Origin: a virus
DNA length: 64,000 bases
Virus record (IMG/VR): IMGVR_UViG_3300025809_002164
Location: 82,037-146,036 of that record
Direction: 5' to 3' (one strand)
The notes under the pieces: model-generated
Database searches by the model: none
Told to the model about the DNA's origin: nothing
Seen by the model: only the letters and a program-made list of their open reading frames with translations
Part shown: positions 38,901 to 48,862 of the stretch, one piece after another
How positions within the stretch are numbered: position 1 is the first letter of the stretch
Layout: each line of letters starts with the position of its first letter
Program-made: the position numbers and the translations under genes

Positions 38901-41900
38901 AGGGCCTCATATGAACAGTAGCGATTGGCTAACCTCAAGTCTTAACCTAACCCGACAAAACTGGGACCAGGGCCAAAACCTAAAAGATGGTAGCTTTAGT
39001 GACTGGGTAGATTTCATAACAAAAGATCGCCAAATAGGCGTCCCGCTTCATTACAGAGACCGGCCGAGCAAAATAGACGAGATAGCTCAAAATAAATCGA
39101 ACTCGAAAAGAGCTCGTCAGGCCAAAATACTCTACAATGACTACCTTAAAAATTTCACGAACACAAACACTAAGAAAATCAAGATGTCTAAATTTGGAAA
39201 TGTTCTTGAAATGGCTTTGGCTCAAAATTTCGGCAAAAAACCTACGTCAGCTTCATACCCAATGGACTTCACACATAATCCAATACATAAGCTTGACGGG
39301 AACCCTATAGTGAGTAGACAAACTTTAGGTCTCAACTCGCAGGTGGGAGATGCCGTTGTGACTTCTTCGGGACACGAAAAAAATAAGTTTTTCTCAAAAA
39401 TTTTAGCTCACCAAATTAAATCAGGGTCAGCCGTCCTTGGAAAAAGAGGCAAATTTCCAGCAAGAATTAAAAACACAGGAGGATACAATGACTTAATCGG
39501 ACACTCAGGCAAGACGAAACTTGATAAAACTGTTACAAACCATACAGCTACAGGAGCACAGTTAACCAAAAAAAACGGCATCTTAGGGAAGTACTTAAAT
39601 CCTAAGCAAAGTTATAAGTTAGATAAGTACAAAAAAGACTTCTGGAGTTACGACGAACTAGGCATAAAGGCAGGTCAGGCTGTATCCAATTCGCAAGGTT
39701 TTATTCCAAATTATCTAAACACTGAAGAATTCGGCGACACCAGCACTAGCGCTGCCCAATTTAATCAAAATAACGGACTCGACCTACAAACAGCTCTCTC
39801 AGGAGGCAAGGGTTTCAAGCTTACAAAATCTAACTTTCAAAAAGTAAGGCAATTCCTTAATAGTGCAGAATTCAGAAGTCTTCCTGCAGGAATTAAAACT
39901 CAATTAACAAACAAGCTCAGGATTCAATCAAAATTTCTAAAAATGGGAGATGTAACTAGACCTTACTTAAAAGGCAAAACATCTTTTCCAGGTCGAATCG
40001 CAGTCTCTGGAGGTCTCATTCCGAATTTCTCCAACCCCTTGGCTGAAGCTATAGGTAGAGAAAAAGCAGCACTTTCAAGCCAGGGATCTACAGCTAAAGT
40101 CTATGTAGATCAGGATCAGAGACTTAAAGACACACTAAACCCTATGGGGCTAATGGTAGCAAACAGAAGAGATGAGCCAATATCTGGTGCTCAAGGAGTT
40201 AATCGAGCAATTAATCAAGGGCTTAATCCGAAAACTCACGGCAGTTCAAATAATTCTACATATGATTCAGGGCTAATTCCTAATTTCAACAGCCCAGTAG
40301 TAACGGGTACAGGCGGCAGTGTGTTCGCACCAGGTATTAAGGAATTAGATAAAGCAGCTAAGGATACTGCTTCCAAAGTTAAAGATCACGGTAAATCTAG
40401 CAAAGAAGCATCAGGATCAGGAATGGATATGATGGGAGCAATGTTTGCTCTGACTAGTGTCTCATATGCAGTTGAGGGAGCTTTAGGAGATGTCGACAGC
40501 TCCGCCGGAGCATTGGTTAAAACTCTCAATGCGGGAATAATGGGAGCTTCTCAGGGAGTAATGGTCTGGCAAGGCCTAAGTTCTGTAGGGGATAGCCTTA
40601 TTAAGAAAAACACAAAGATGGGAAAAGCTATGGGTGTCGGAACAAAAATTCTCGGAGGTCTTGGCGCAGCTGTCGGAGTCCTAGTTCCAGTATTTCAAGC
40701 TTTAGGGGAAAATACCAGCATGCTGGATGGTCCGTTTGAAACTTTAGCTAAAAGTGTAAAAGAAACATCGAAATCTATAGGGGCTCTAGGTAATGCCATA
40801 ACTGCCCACACAGATCTAGAGTCTACTCGTAGTGAAATTTCACAATTAAATAATTCTCAAGATAAAAATACTTACGACGGAAGGATGAAACTATTAACCC
40901 TGCAGACGAAAGAAGCCAAAAATAACTCTGATTTAATTAAATCTGCTGGAGAACTTGGTAAAGCTTTAAACCTAACAGGAGCGGATCTTATGACAATGAC
41001 ATCTGGAACTGCTTTGGGCATGGAAAAACTACAAGAAAACATGTTAAAATACCAACAAGCACTTGCCGTAGAAACCGCGATGATGCAATTTACTAAAGGG
41101 CTAGGTAGTGGTGGGTTTGCTGGAATGTTCAAACAAGAAGGTACTGATTATGAAAGAAGGGCCGGCCAAGTGGGTGTAGCTCAGCAAATAGCTAGTCAAT
41201 CAGAAAATCCCAAACAGTTAGACGAACAACTAAAAGTGTTTATGAAGGCCTTTTCTACCCTCAAAGAAGACTCCCAGCCCCTAAGAGACTCGGTCAGTAC
41301 CTACCAGAATGTGTTGGCAGCAGGTAATAAAACAGGATTTGGAAGGTCCGCCGGATCACTTGCTATGATGGCGAACAGTGCTAAGAATGAGCTTGGGATG
41401 GGAGTTGACGTGAGCAAGATTACTTCCACCTTTGAGAGTTCCGTCTCTAAGCTTCCTGTAGCCTATCAAACTTTAGCATCCCAAATCATAAAGAACGCGC
41501 AATCAATGGAAATAGGGGATATTGAATCGCTCCTTAAAGGAGTTGAGAGTAATGCGAGGCTTTTAGTTAAAGATTCTAAAAAGTCAGCAGAACAACAAGT
41601 AATTAATTATAAATACCTAAGAGAGACTACTAGACTTAATCGAGAACTGGCCAACCGAACACAACTATCATTAAATCAGGACAAAATAAACCTATCCTTA
41701 GGAAAAGAAAAGCAGGGAGTTCTAAAGTCAGCTCGAGCACACAATATAAAATACCTTGCAGCCCTGGGTGCGACAACTAAAGCCGCCACGCTTGAATCAG
41801 AGATGCTCGAAAAAAGCAAACAAATTGATCAAGATTTAATGAACAAAAAAACGGAAATAAATAATAAATACAAAGCCGAAGGAATCAAGTATATTGACAC

Positions 41901-44900
41901 ATTATTTAACGATAAAAAAAATAGCCTTATCGATCCAGTATTAACTCAGAGCCAGGGGGGCAAGGATTCGAGTGGAAAGAGCCTTTCTGCTGAAAAAACA
42001 TGGGAAAAATCTCAAAAAGAGCTACAGTCACGAATGATAGCAGCATCCTTCAATAACAAGGGCATTGAAGAGGGCGGCACACAAGATCCAAAACTTCTAA
42101 AACTCAAGAAAGATTTAGGCCTTGCCCAGAACCAAGAACGAGTAAGCTTTCTATTTAAAGAGTACATCCATTCCTTGAAGGATTCAGTAAAACAGCAAGA
42201 GGCCCTAAATAACTTTCAAAAAGCAAAGATAATACCAGAGCAGATAGACCTGGCAACGTTCTTCAGTCATTCCGTAAATCTTAAGAACCAAGAAATCAAG
42301 ACGGAAGAAGACTCCGCTAAGGTTAAGAAAATCAACCTGGATGTAGTGAGAGCACAGCTCAATATGGAAAAAGGAACTCTATCTCATGCCCAGAAAAGGC
42401 TTACAGATATCAAAGCTATCCCTTACCACCAATTAGACGAAGTAACAAAGGAACAAATAGACACCAATAAAACTGTAGCTCAGGCTGACTACGAGATCCT
42501 TAGAAATAAAGAAATATATCTTTCCTTCGGAGAAGGTCTTGCATCCCTACAATCAGAGCAGCTTGAGGTTGAAAGGTTAAGAGTAAAAAAAGAATCGGAT
42601 TCGCTCAATACTCAATCTAAAAGGCTAGATGCAGAAGAAAAGCTTAGAAAATCGACGGATGATTATAAAAACATAATAAGGCTAAAGGTAGAAAATGAGC
42701 TTAAGACTTTAAGGAATTCTACTGATGATGATATTACGACTTTAAAAGAGGAGAAAAAACAGGGTGCCTTCGGAAAGCGAACTGAAGCCGGGAACAGTCA
42801 GTTGGTTAGGGACGAAGAAAGGGCGATGCTCAATCACATAGAAGCCTTAAAGCAAGGCACTTATTCTCTCGGAGCTCTGCACAGCATGGCTGAGAGTACC
42901 AGATCTTTCGAAAAAGCCCTAATAGAAGCTAAAACAAAACTCGAGAACGGAGGCGACTTTCTAGAGGGTCAGCAAGGAGTAATTCTGGATACAGCTCACC
43001 AAAAAGGGGGCATAGAAAAACTTAAAGGAGAAAAATCAGTATTCAACGACAGAGGAGCAACAGTAAGAGTTGCAGAAACAGACCTGAAGATAGCTCAAGC
43101 GCACAAGGAGTTAAATTTAACAATGGGTGAAGGGAGTTTATTTGCGGACTCAATGAGAGTAAAAATTGCTGAAGCAAATGTAGAAATGTCCAGGTTTGGC
43201 GAAACAATGGCCAACACGGCATTTGATGCGACCAAGGAAGGCTTTAAGGGGCTTATTCAAGACATGGGAGACGGAACTAAATCTCTAGGTGACGTAGCCG
43301 CTAATTTCTTTGGAACTATAGTAGACAGAATGAATGAGAAGTTGATAGATAGAGCTGCAGGTCAATTAACTGCAGGCCTAATGGAAGCCGCAGGCTTCAA
43401 TCAAGGTGGCCATGTGGGATTCAATCAGGGAGGTCATGTCTCTAGGTATTCATCTGGAGGCACAACTCGCCAAGTTCCAGCCATGTTGACCTCTGGAGAA
43501 TATGTTGTACAAAAAAGAATAGTCGACAGGCTTGGAACTAACGAACTTAATAAAATTAACGACTCTGGATCCCTCGAGGAACTATATGATAAACCAAATA
43601 ATGAGTCTTTTTCATTATTAAATGAAGGAGGCATAGCAAGCCCTCCAATCATAAAACTAAAAGAGGGAGGAGTTGCTAAAAATTATCTTTCAGGAATAGT
43701 AGGAACAATTAATAAATTCATGGGGGGCATAGTAAAAATGGCAGGGGGCGGAATACTATCCTCAAGCCCAGACGATAGTGCAGGTATGAAAATGGCAAAA
43801 GGGGCGGGCTACTTAGCAGGCTCAAGCCTCCATGCATATCAAAACAGAGGAGAAGGCAACCAAGGCCCTAGCGCTCCTAAAGCTCCGACCGCGCTCAACA
43901 CACACTCCTCCTTGAATATTGACCCAACAGGAAACAGGATGAGTGCTAAATATAAAGCTAATGATTCCTATCGTCAAGATTATGGGAAATATCTACTAGA
44001 TAAATACCAGCATGATGTTGACACTAATAACCAAAAAGTAAAAAGTAGGGCATCTACAGCTCAAGGAATAGTAAATGGCATTGGATTCATGGGAATAGGA
44101 ATGGCAGCTAGTGCAGCCGGAGATTACGCTAAAGCGGGAGGCTTTACCAAAGAGGGGCGAATGGCCATGCGTGCTGAAAAAGATGCTGCTGAATATGCAG
44201 CAAACCCTCAAGCTTACGCTCCTCCAGCAAAGGGCTCCGAAAGAATGCCCTACCATACAGGGGGTATAAACTTTAATTCTCCAGGTTCAGCAAACTCAAA
44301 CCCAGCAGGAATAGGGGGAGGAGTCACAAATAATGTAAGCAATTCCACTCAAGCTGGAAACAATTATCATACCGGTGGCATGAATTTCAATTCATCTCGC
44401 TCCACCCAGTCAAACTTAAATAAAGTTAATGACTACTCATGGACAAAAAATAACAACTTATCCTCAGGGCTCAAAAATCCATATCAACTGAATCAAGGAG
44501 GAATGATAAAGATGAGCTCCGGAGGTAAAGTTCACGGCCCAGGAGGTATTGATAAGGTTGGGCCAGTTATGCTCGATAGAGGTGAATTTGTGATAAAATC
44601 TTCCAGTGTTAATAAGATTGAAAAACAAAGTCCAGGATTCTTCAATAGGCTTAACTCAATGAAGATGTATGAAGGAGGAATAGTTGACCCTTCAGCCAAA
44701 GCTGTGGCTAGCACCACAGAGAGTGGGAATACTCAAAACTCATCAAGCAATGTAACCATCAATATCAACGTTTCTTCTGGAGGAGAAACTTCAGTTAGTG
44801 GCGGAGAAGCGAAGCAGCAAGCATTTGCATCCAAAATTAAAGAAGCTGTGGTTGGCATTATATCTCAAGAGAAAAGAGTAGGAGGCATGCTCAGTGGCAA

Positions 44901-44904
44901 CTAA
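35950..44904 (+). CDS. tape measure protein, 2984 aa, with internal GxIPNF-delimited cassettes
   Basis: TP901-like TMP core (EFSRQGL, AGAVAQDAGVSFDQL, GNSFKTIFTR, LEDLGI), hydrophobic segments, coiled coil, C-terminal GG..VPAML..GE(Y/F)V motifs. Confidence 0.95.
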   Translation: MSLGLRTHVIDLEQNINRIVRKVNAGGGIVVKVRASDFTQPLGRMSAKANEFTKSLEASNARVIAFGASAAIIGGVTLGFTQLVVQATKVEKILTDINVVLNTSTQNLEKFGNSLFKVARNTSQTLEVAAEAALEFSRQGLSMEETLKRTNDALILTRLTSLKAADSVKGLTAAVNGFADAGMTTAMVINKLSAVDIKFAVSTDDLINALSRAGAVAQDAGVSFDQLMGAVTSAQQITARGGAVIGNSFKTIFTRVQRGSTLQSLEDLGIAVRDIRGNTLPAMTVLQNLSSTYEKLGATTKAAVAEQVGGVFQINILKAAIKDLNAETSIYSQATKASSSATNEAYTKNAQLQKTLSSIANQTLTTVRELTANLGSLTIAPALQDFLSSANEVLGSFNKLFGDTEGESIGGDFAKGFARGLGSVLMGPGMMVAVLVFAKLFSQAFKFAKSSVKDLLQIQSIKEKEKAIQESIVDAMIKNVALSKELVKIDGDQVKQEQIVLALLKEQTAHIEQQRRIASDISPALRRAGVQPNLIVSKGSKHGSDGLIPNYSNTTPLERERERSGAQKGGYTAGAIAKMHVPKLGEVVYNKRESVRKFPGMQQPAIIPPISSKAGKKYQDNFSERHGFDPYGSSNNSTYNGGLIPNFASNTTEKSAIRAILDTLKKRKVKVLPNDPKLSFAANRYMEATKDREYPGGSVNFGKHKISMNEITLALKKHGNYMGDEDFYGNKAGGLIPNFALGASQLAGTNILKLPKAKMATQTTKSDFRGNRVKGWKNLEAPLDSIQKSAASYADEFNVLKGLGINVLQRKMFFTNKEDGGIRKSINTTDRKMAKSRGFQKNNRDNIAGSSYESGLYKNHLKDKGYNETWTGGYTPKGFQKGTGDPQSTVDFFKAGRLPIEAKYGKFTQANLIAKSIRLSSDRYIEDFLSSRGEGDIANNMANKKFQDASSTLSSLGHKNVDKSMVKKFGLSSGLVPNFMSIGLGPHMNSSDWLTSSLNLTRQNWDQGQNLKDGSFSDWVDFITKDRQIGVPLHYRDRPSKIDEIAQNKSNSKRARQAKILYNDYLKNFTNTNTKKIKMSKFGNVLEMALAQNFGKKPTSASYPMDFTHNPIHKLDGNPIVSRQTLGLNSQVGDAVVTSSGHEKNKFFSKILAHQIKSGSAVLGKRGKFPARIKNTGGYNDLIGHSGKTKLDKTVTNHTATGAQLTKKNGILGKYLNPKQSYKLDKYKKDFWSYDELGIKAGQAVSNSQGFIPNYLNTEEFGDTSTSAAQFNQNNGLDLQTALSGGKGFKLTKSNFQKVRQFLNSAEFRSLPAGIKTQLTNKLRIQSKFLKMGDVTRPYLKGKTSFPGRIAVSGGLIPNFSNPLAEAIGREKAALSSQGSTAKVYVDQDQRLKDTLNPMGLMVANRRDEPISGAQGVNRAINQGLNPKTHGSSNNSTYDSGLIPNFNSPVVTGTGGSVFAPGIKELDKAAKDTASKVKDHGKSSKEASGSGMDMMGAMFALTSVSYAVEGALGDVDSSAGALVKTLNAGIMGASQGVMVWQGLSSVGDSLIKKNTKMGKAMGVGTKILGGLGAAVGVLVPVFQALGENTSMLDGPFETLAKSVKETSKSIGALGNAITAHTDLESTRSEISQLNNSQDKNTYDGRMKLLTLQTKEAKNNSDLIKSAGELGKALNLTGADLMTMTSGTALGMEKLQENMLKYQQALAVETAMMQFTKGLGSGGFAGMFKQEGTDYERRAGQVGVAQQIASQSENPKQLDEQLKVFMKAFSTLKEDSQPLRDSVSTYQNVLAAGNKTGFGRSAGSLAMMANSAKNELGMGVDVSKITSTFESSVSKLPVAYQTLASQIIKNAQSMEIGDIESLLKGVESNARLLVKDSKKSAEQQVINYKYLRETTRLNRELANRTQLSLNQDKINLSLGKEKQGVLKSARAHNIKYLAALGATTKAATLESEMLEKSKQIDQDLMNKKTEINNKYKAEGIKYIDTLFNDKKNSLIDPVLTQSQGGKDSSGKSLSAEKTWEKSQKELQSRMIAASFNNKGIEEGGTQDPKLLKLKKDLGLAQNQERVSFLFKEYIHSLKDSVKQQEALNNFQKAKIIPEQIDLATFFSHSVNLKNQEIKTEEDSAKVKKINLDVVRAQLNMEKGTLSHAQKRLTDIKAIPYHQLDEVTKEQIDTNKTVAQADYEILRNKEIYLSFGEGLASLQSEQLEVERLRVKKESDSLNTQSKRLDAEEKLRKSTDDYKNIIRLKVENELKTLRNSTDDDITTLKEEKKQGAFGKRTEAGNSQLVRDEERAMLNHIEALKQGTYSLGALHSMAESTRSFEKALIEAKTKLENGGDFLEGQQGVILDTAHQKGGIEKLKGEKSVFNDRGATVRVAETDLKIAQAHKELNLTMGEGSLFADSMRVKIAEANVEMSRFGETMANTAFDATKEGFKGLIQDMGDGTKSLGDVAANFFGTIVDRMNEKLIDRAAGQLTAGLMEAAGFNQGGHVGFNQGGHVSRYSSGGTTRQVPAMLTSGEYVVQKRIVDRLGTNELNKINDSGSLEELYDKPNNESFSLLNEGGIASPPIIKLKEGGVAKNYLSGIVGTINKFMGGIVKMAGGGILSSSPDDSAGMKMAKGAGYLAGSSLHAYQNRGEGNQGPSAPKAPTALNTHSSLNIDPTGNRMSAKYKANDSYRQDYGKYLLDKYQHDVDTNNQKVKSRASTAQGIVNGIGFMGIGMAASAAGDYAKAGGFTKEGRMAMRAEKDAAEYAANPQAYAPPAKGSERMPYHTGGINFNSPGSANSNPAGIGGGVTNNVSNSTQAGNNYHTGGMNFNSSRSTQSNLNKVNDYSWTKNNNLSSGLKNPYQLNQGGMIKMSSGGKVHGPGGIDKVGPVMLDRGEFVIKSSSVNKIEKQSPGFFNRLNSMKMYEGGIVDPSAKAVASTTESGNTQNSSSNVTININVSSGGETSVSGGEAKQQAFASKIKEAVVGIISQEKRVGGMLSGN

Positions 44905-45697
44905 AAATGCCGTATTAAACTACGAGCAACAGTTCTATCTGTCTGGAGCTTTACTATCTGGAGTTACATCAATAGGTGGAGGCTACTCGATACAGGAAGA
45001 GCCTATAAACATAATAGGAAAAGGGCATAGCATGCCAGTCAGACAAGGGCCCCTGGTAGGTAATTTCGACATATCGAGATACTACATAGGCGAAGATCCC
45101 CTTCTGTTCTACACTGGAGATAGCCCTATTAGTGGAAGTATCAATTTTAACGATAAAAGTTTCGGGTTCAATAGTGGATATTTAAGCGAGTATAGTATGT
45201 CTGCAGGCATAGGTCAAATACCTCAAGCTAATGCATCCTTAATAGTATATGGAGACATAGGATCCGGAATCGATGGTTCAGGATCCAACCCTCACCCTAT
45301 AATTCAGATACCCAATCAAGGATCAATATCCCTAAATGCCAGCGGATATCAATCCAATAGGATAACAAATTTTTCATACACATTAAGAATAGATAGATCT
45401 CCTGTCTACGAAATAGGTTCGCCCTTTCCAGTTCAAGTAGATAGAAAGTTTCCCTTAGTCCAGGAATCTTCATTTACTCTAGAAGTTGACGACCTAGAGG
45501 TGTCAAGAATGCGCGAATACTTAATAAAACCTAAACAGCAAAAAATTGAAATTAAATTTAAAAACCCAATAGATTCATCTAAGATAGAAAGCTTTATCAT
45601 ACCAAAAGCAAGACTACTCTCTCAAGAAATCTCCTCAAGCAGTGAAGATCTCCTCACCGTAAACCTAACCTATCGAGGTTACATTAATAAAAAATGA
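44894..45697 (+). CDS. baseplate tube-like protein (tail tube paralogue, GTG start)
   Basis: GYLSEYSMSAGIGQIPQA and NFSYTLRIDRSPVYEIGS..FP mirror tube motifs. Confidence 0.6.
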   Translation: MATKNAVLNYEQQFYLSGALLSGVTSIGGGYSIQEEPINIIGKGHSMPVRQGPLVGNFDISRYYIGEDPLLFYTGDSPISGSINFNDKSFGFNSGYLSEYSMSAGIGQIPQANASLIVYGDIGSGIDGSGSNPHPIIQIPNQGSISLNASGYQSNRITNFSYTLRIDRSPVYEIGSPFPVQVDRKFPLVQESSFTLEVDDLEVSRMREYLIKPKQQKIEIKFKNPIDSSKIESFIIPKARLLSQEISSSSEDLLTVNLTYRGYINKK

Positions 45698-46863
45698 CCT
45701 TTTTACCCTACGAAGACGTTCCTCTATATCTGGCGGTGGATGGGCATTCCGGCCAGTATATTTTCGCTGAAAATGCATCACTGTCCGTGTCTCAATCTTT
45801 ACAAGTAAACAGACAGATAGATGATAATATTATAAGTGTATGTAATTGGAGTGATGGAGGCTTCACTAATTATATTCCCCTAAATATGGTCGCCAATACA
45901 GCAACCACAGCCCTATTAGGGCCAACGAGTGGTCCTCCATCTCCACTAGCTACATCTATATATAAAATACCAGCAGACACCAAAGTTACATTCCCCAACG
46001 GAAAACATCTCTATTTTGAATCAGATGTATTCCCTGACGGTCACGACTACCTAGTCTCCCTCTATCCGAAAAGCGGAGGTTGGACTCTTCTTGAGGGTGA
46101 AGCTCAAAGTGGGCACTTTGATCCAATATTTAACTACAGATCAGAAAGTCCAATCAAAGGCTCTCTTAGTGTTAATTTTTATATTAATACAGGAAACCTT
46201 AATAATTTCTTTAATATCACTGGTCTGTCGGATCCTAATGTTTATCCAGCTATAGACGAAACTAAAGTCACGGGCCATTTAGGGGATTTTATTTTTTCCG
46301 ATGCATACTTAACCTCTTTTAGTTTTGGCCTATCTCCAAACTCTATATCTCAAGCCTCAGCCTCTTTTGATATCTATGGCGAAATTAAGCTTGACCCGGC
46401 GGTATCTAGTGATTATTACTCGTCAAGCCTATATTCCCAGCAATCAATAGCTCATGGTCAAAATAGCCAAATACTTTCGACATCAAGTGCAGGAATAAAT
46501 CACCCAATTCAATTCAATTACTCTATGGAGACATCACGGTCAGCAAGGTACGAAGCTCCTACAGGGTCTAGCCTTGATACAGTCGGGCTTGTTCCTACTA
46601 GAGTTTCCAAGGGAAGGACTTTAATAAATATGTCAATAGAAGGAGAGGGAATAGATCCGAACATACTGAGTGAAGGTTTCGGAGGAAAAAGGGCAAATTT
46701 AACAGCTCAAGTTTACGATCTTGCATACAACTCTTTCGACGATAACTCCAATGGGTTACTTAATGAGTTTCATTGTAGCGGAGTAATTACATCTCAAAAC
46801 CTTTCGGTTGACTCCGCCGGGTATCTCAATGGATCTATATCAGTCAAGCAGGATTTAAAATAA
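45694..46863 (+). CDS. second tube-like tail tip protein with an inserted domain
   Basis: AYLTSFSF..ASASFDIYG shared with the preceding gene. Confidence 0.55.
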   Translation: MTFLPYEDVPLYLAVDGHSGQYIFAENASLSVSQSLQVNRQIDDNIISVCNWSDGGFTNYIPLNMVANTATTALLGPTSGPPSPLATSIYKIPADTKVTFPNGKHLYFESDVFPDGHDYLVSLYPKSGGWTLLEGEAQSGHFDPIFNYRSESPIKGSLSVNFYINTGNLNNFFNITGLSDPNVYPAIDETKVTGHLGDFIFSDAYLTSFSFGLSPNSISQASASFDIYGEIKLDPAVSSDYYSSSLYSQQSIAHGQNSQILSTSSAGINHPIQFNYSMETSRSARYEAPTGSSLDTVGLVPTRVSKGRTLINMSIEGEGIDPNILSEGFGGKRANLTAQVYDLAYNSFDDNSNGLLNEFHCSGVITSQNLSVDSAGYLNGSISVKQDLK

Positions 46864-47978
46864 TGGAAATAAAAGACAATAATAATAGAGCCATGCCCAT
46901 ACTCCCATCGTTTGGGTCTACAGCATCTTTTTCCTCGCTCACTGACTCAGTTAAATACGGAGATAATCACTCGCAAAGATCCCTGAAGGGAATAAATGGA
47001 TTAAGCATGTCTATGAACTTAAATTTTAGTGAGCTTACTGATGTAGAGTCCCAGAGTTTAATAAGCTTCCTACAGAGCCACTTCTACTATCAACCTCAAA
47101 TTTACTCCCCAGACGGAAGTTTCTCTAATAAAAGAATTAACCCGTTTGACTATCAACCCTTTTACCCCTATAAGTCAAACAAGTTTTTCTGCCTTGACTT
47201 TTCTCACGATAAGTCTTATTTTAATATTAATGAAGTCTCAGTCAGTTTGATTGATGCCTCTTGCAGCATACTTAACTCGGTAGAGTCGGGAGCTGGGCAT
47301 AATCCTAATATAGATTCATTAATTAATTTCGTACCAGGAGCTGGCACCTCGTCAGTTCAGAATTTAAATGTAAACCTACCTGAAGGCAGCTTGATTTATC
47401 ACTCGGGAGACTATAGAGTCGCTAAAATAAACTCCGATACTTCGGTTGTGGCAGGTAACTCAGTTAATTTCAACTATACAGCTGACTTTGGGTTTCCTGC
47501 TTCTACGGCTTCGAGCAATCAAACCCCCCTCAGGAATTCCATATACATAAATAACCCTAATGATTGCTTCTATTATCCATACCAACCTATAACAGACTTA
47601 GGAACTTTAGATCATAGAATGTTTGATTTCAGGCCAAGCGATTCTATCAATCTAAGGAATTCTCCAAAGCACAGAGTGTCCGATGCCTCAGATTTTTATA
47701 AAAAATATCATAAATACGGATTCAATCCGAACTTAATGAATTTAAATTTGTCATTCAATGGAAGGTCTGATCTAGAAGCTAAAAGAATACTCTTATTCCT
47801 GGAGTCTCATCTTGGGTATAAAAAATTCGGATTTAACGTATCAAGGGATTATACCTCATCCAATTATGACCCCAGAAAAACACTGTCTTCTTTCTACTGT
47901 CCAGAATGGAAGCACTCCTACACCTATAAAGATAATCACTCAATATCTGCTACTTTCATTGAATGTATTGATTATTAA
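46863..47978 (+). CDS. lambda gpM-like distal tail protein, two tandem domains
   Basis: VKYGDNHSQR..KGIN..NLNF..FLQSH and NLSFNGR..FLESHLG..FYCPEW..ISATFIE. Confidence 0.75.
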   Translation: MEIKDNNNRAMPILPSFGSTASFSSLTDSVKYGDNHSQRSLKGINGLSMSMNLNFSELTDVESQSLISFLQSHFYYQPQIYSPDGSFSNKRINPFDYQPFYPYKSNKFFCLDFSHDKSYFNINEVSVSLIDASCSILNSVESGAGHNPNIDSLINFVPGAGTSSVQNLNVNLPEGSLIYHSGDYRVAKINSDTSVVAGNSVNFNYTADFGFPASTASSNQTPLRNSIYINNPNDCFYYPYQPITDLGTLDHRMFDFRPSDSINLRNSPKHRVSDASDFYKKYHKYGFNPNLMNLNLSFNGRSDLEAKRILLFLESHLGYKKFGFNVSRDYTSSNYDPRKTLSSFYCPEWKHSYTYKDNHSISATFIECIDY

Positions 47979-47992
47979 TTTAATATATAAAT

Positions 47993-48862
47993 ATGGAAAA
48001 AACAATTCACGAAGAAATCTTCAAGCTAGAGCCTTCAACTTTAGTCACTCTTTATGAATTAGTATTAAAAGGTTTTGGAGAAAGCTACTATTTTCACTCT
48101 GGAGAAAACGGTTTCACTAATGAGATTATATTTAAGGGTAATAATTATAACTACATACCAATGAAGACTCATGGTTTTGACTCTACAGAGTCTCAGCTTC
48201 CAAGGCCTCGCATTACAGCAGATAACAGCGATTCGTTTTTTAGTCTCAAAACTAGATTCTTTAAAGATTTTATAGGATTTACCTTTAAAAGAACTCGAAC
48301 TTTTGTAAAATTTTTACATAAAGACAACTTTCCTGGCGGAGTTAATCCCCACGGTTCGGACACGGAAGTATCTTTCCCTGAAGAAAAATATATAATAAAC
48401 CAAAAAACCGTTGAAAATCAAAACATAATTGAGTTCGAATTGGTATCAGTTCTAGAAAAAGAGCAAGCTTTCATACCTAATAGAAAAATAGTATACAATA
48501 CATGCCAGTGGAAATACAGGCATAGTATAGGTTGTGGATATGCAGGAGCTCCTGTTAGCGACGCAAGGGGAAATCAGATAAACTTTACTCCAGCAGGACC
48601 ACCTCAAGAATTTGATGAATCAACCACATACAATTCAGGGAATTATGTTAAATTATCACCCGCACCTTTGTCCTCAGACCCAGATAGAGTTTTCGTTTGT
48701 GTGGTAAATGGAACTTTAGGCAAGAACCCGCAAAACGATAGAGACTCGTGGATCATGGACTCTTGCCCAAAAAACATAAGCGGCTGCAGGTCTAGATTTG
48801 GAGTAACAGAAACACTTAATGGACTACCTTTCGGAGGATTTCCTGGGACTTGGGAATACTAA
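47993..48862 (+). CDS. lambda gpL-like tail tip protein (Fe-S Cys motif)
   Basis: LPRP, RTFVKFL, IEFEL, CQWKYR..CGY..DSCPK..GC..RF..PFGGFPG. Confidence 0.92.
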   Translation: MEKTIHEEIFKLEPSTLVTLYELVLKGFGESYYFHSGENGFTNEIIFKGNNYNYIPMKTHGFDSTESQLPRPRITADNSDSFFSLKTRFFKDFIGFTFKRTRTFVKFLHKDNFPGGVNPHGSDTEVSFPEEKYIINQKTVENQNIIEFELVSVLEKEQAFIPNRKIVYNTCQWKYRHSIGCGYAGAPVSDARGNQINFTPAGPPQEFDESTTYNSGNYVKLSPAPLSSDPDRVFVCVVNGTLGKNPQNDRDSWIMDSCPKNISGCRSRFGVTETLNGLPFGGFPGTWEY

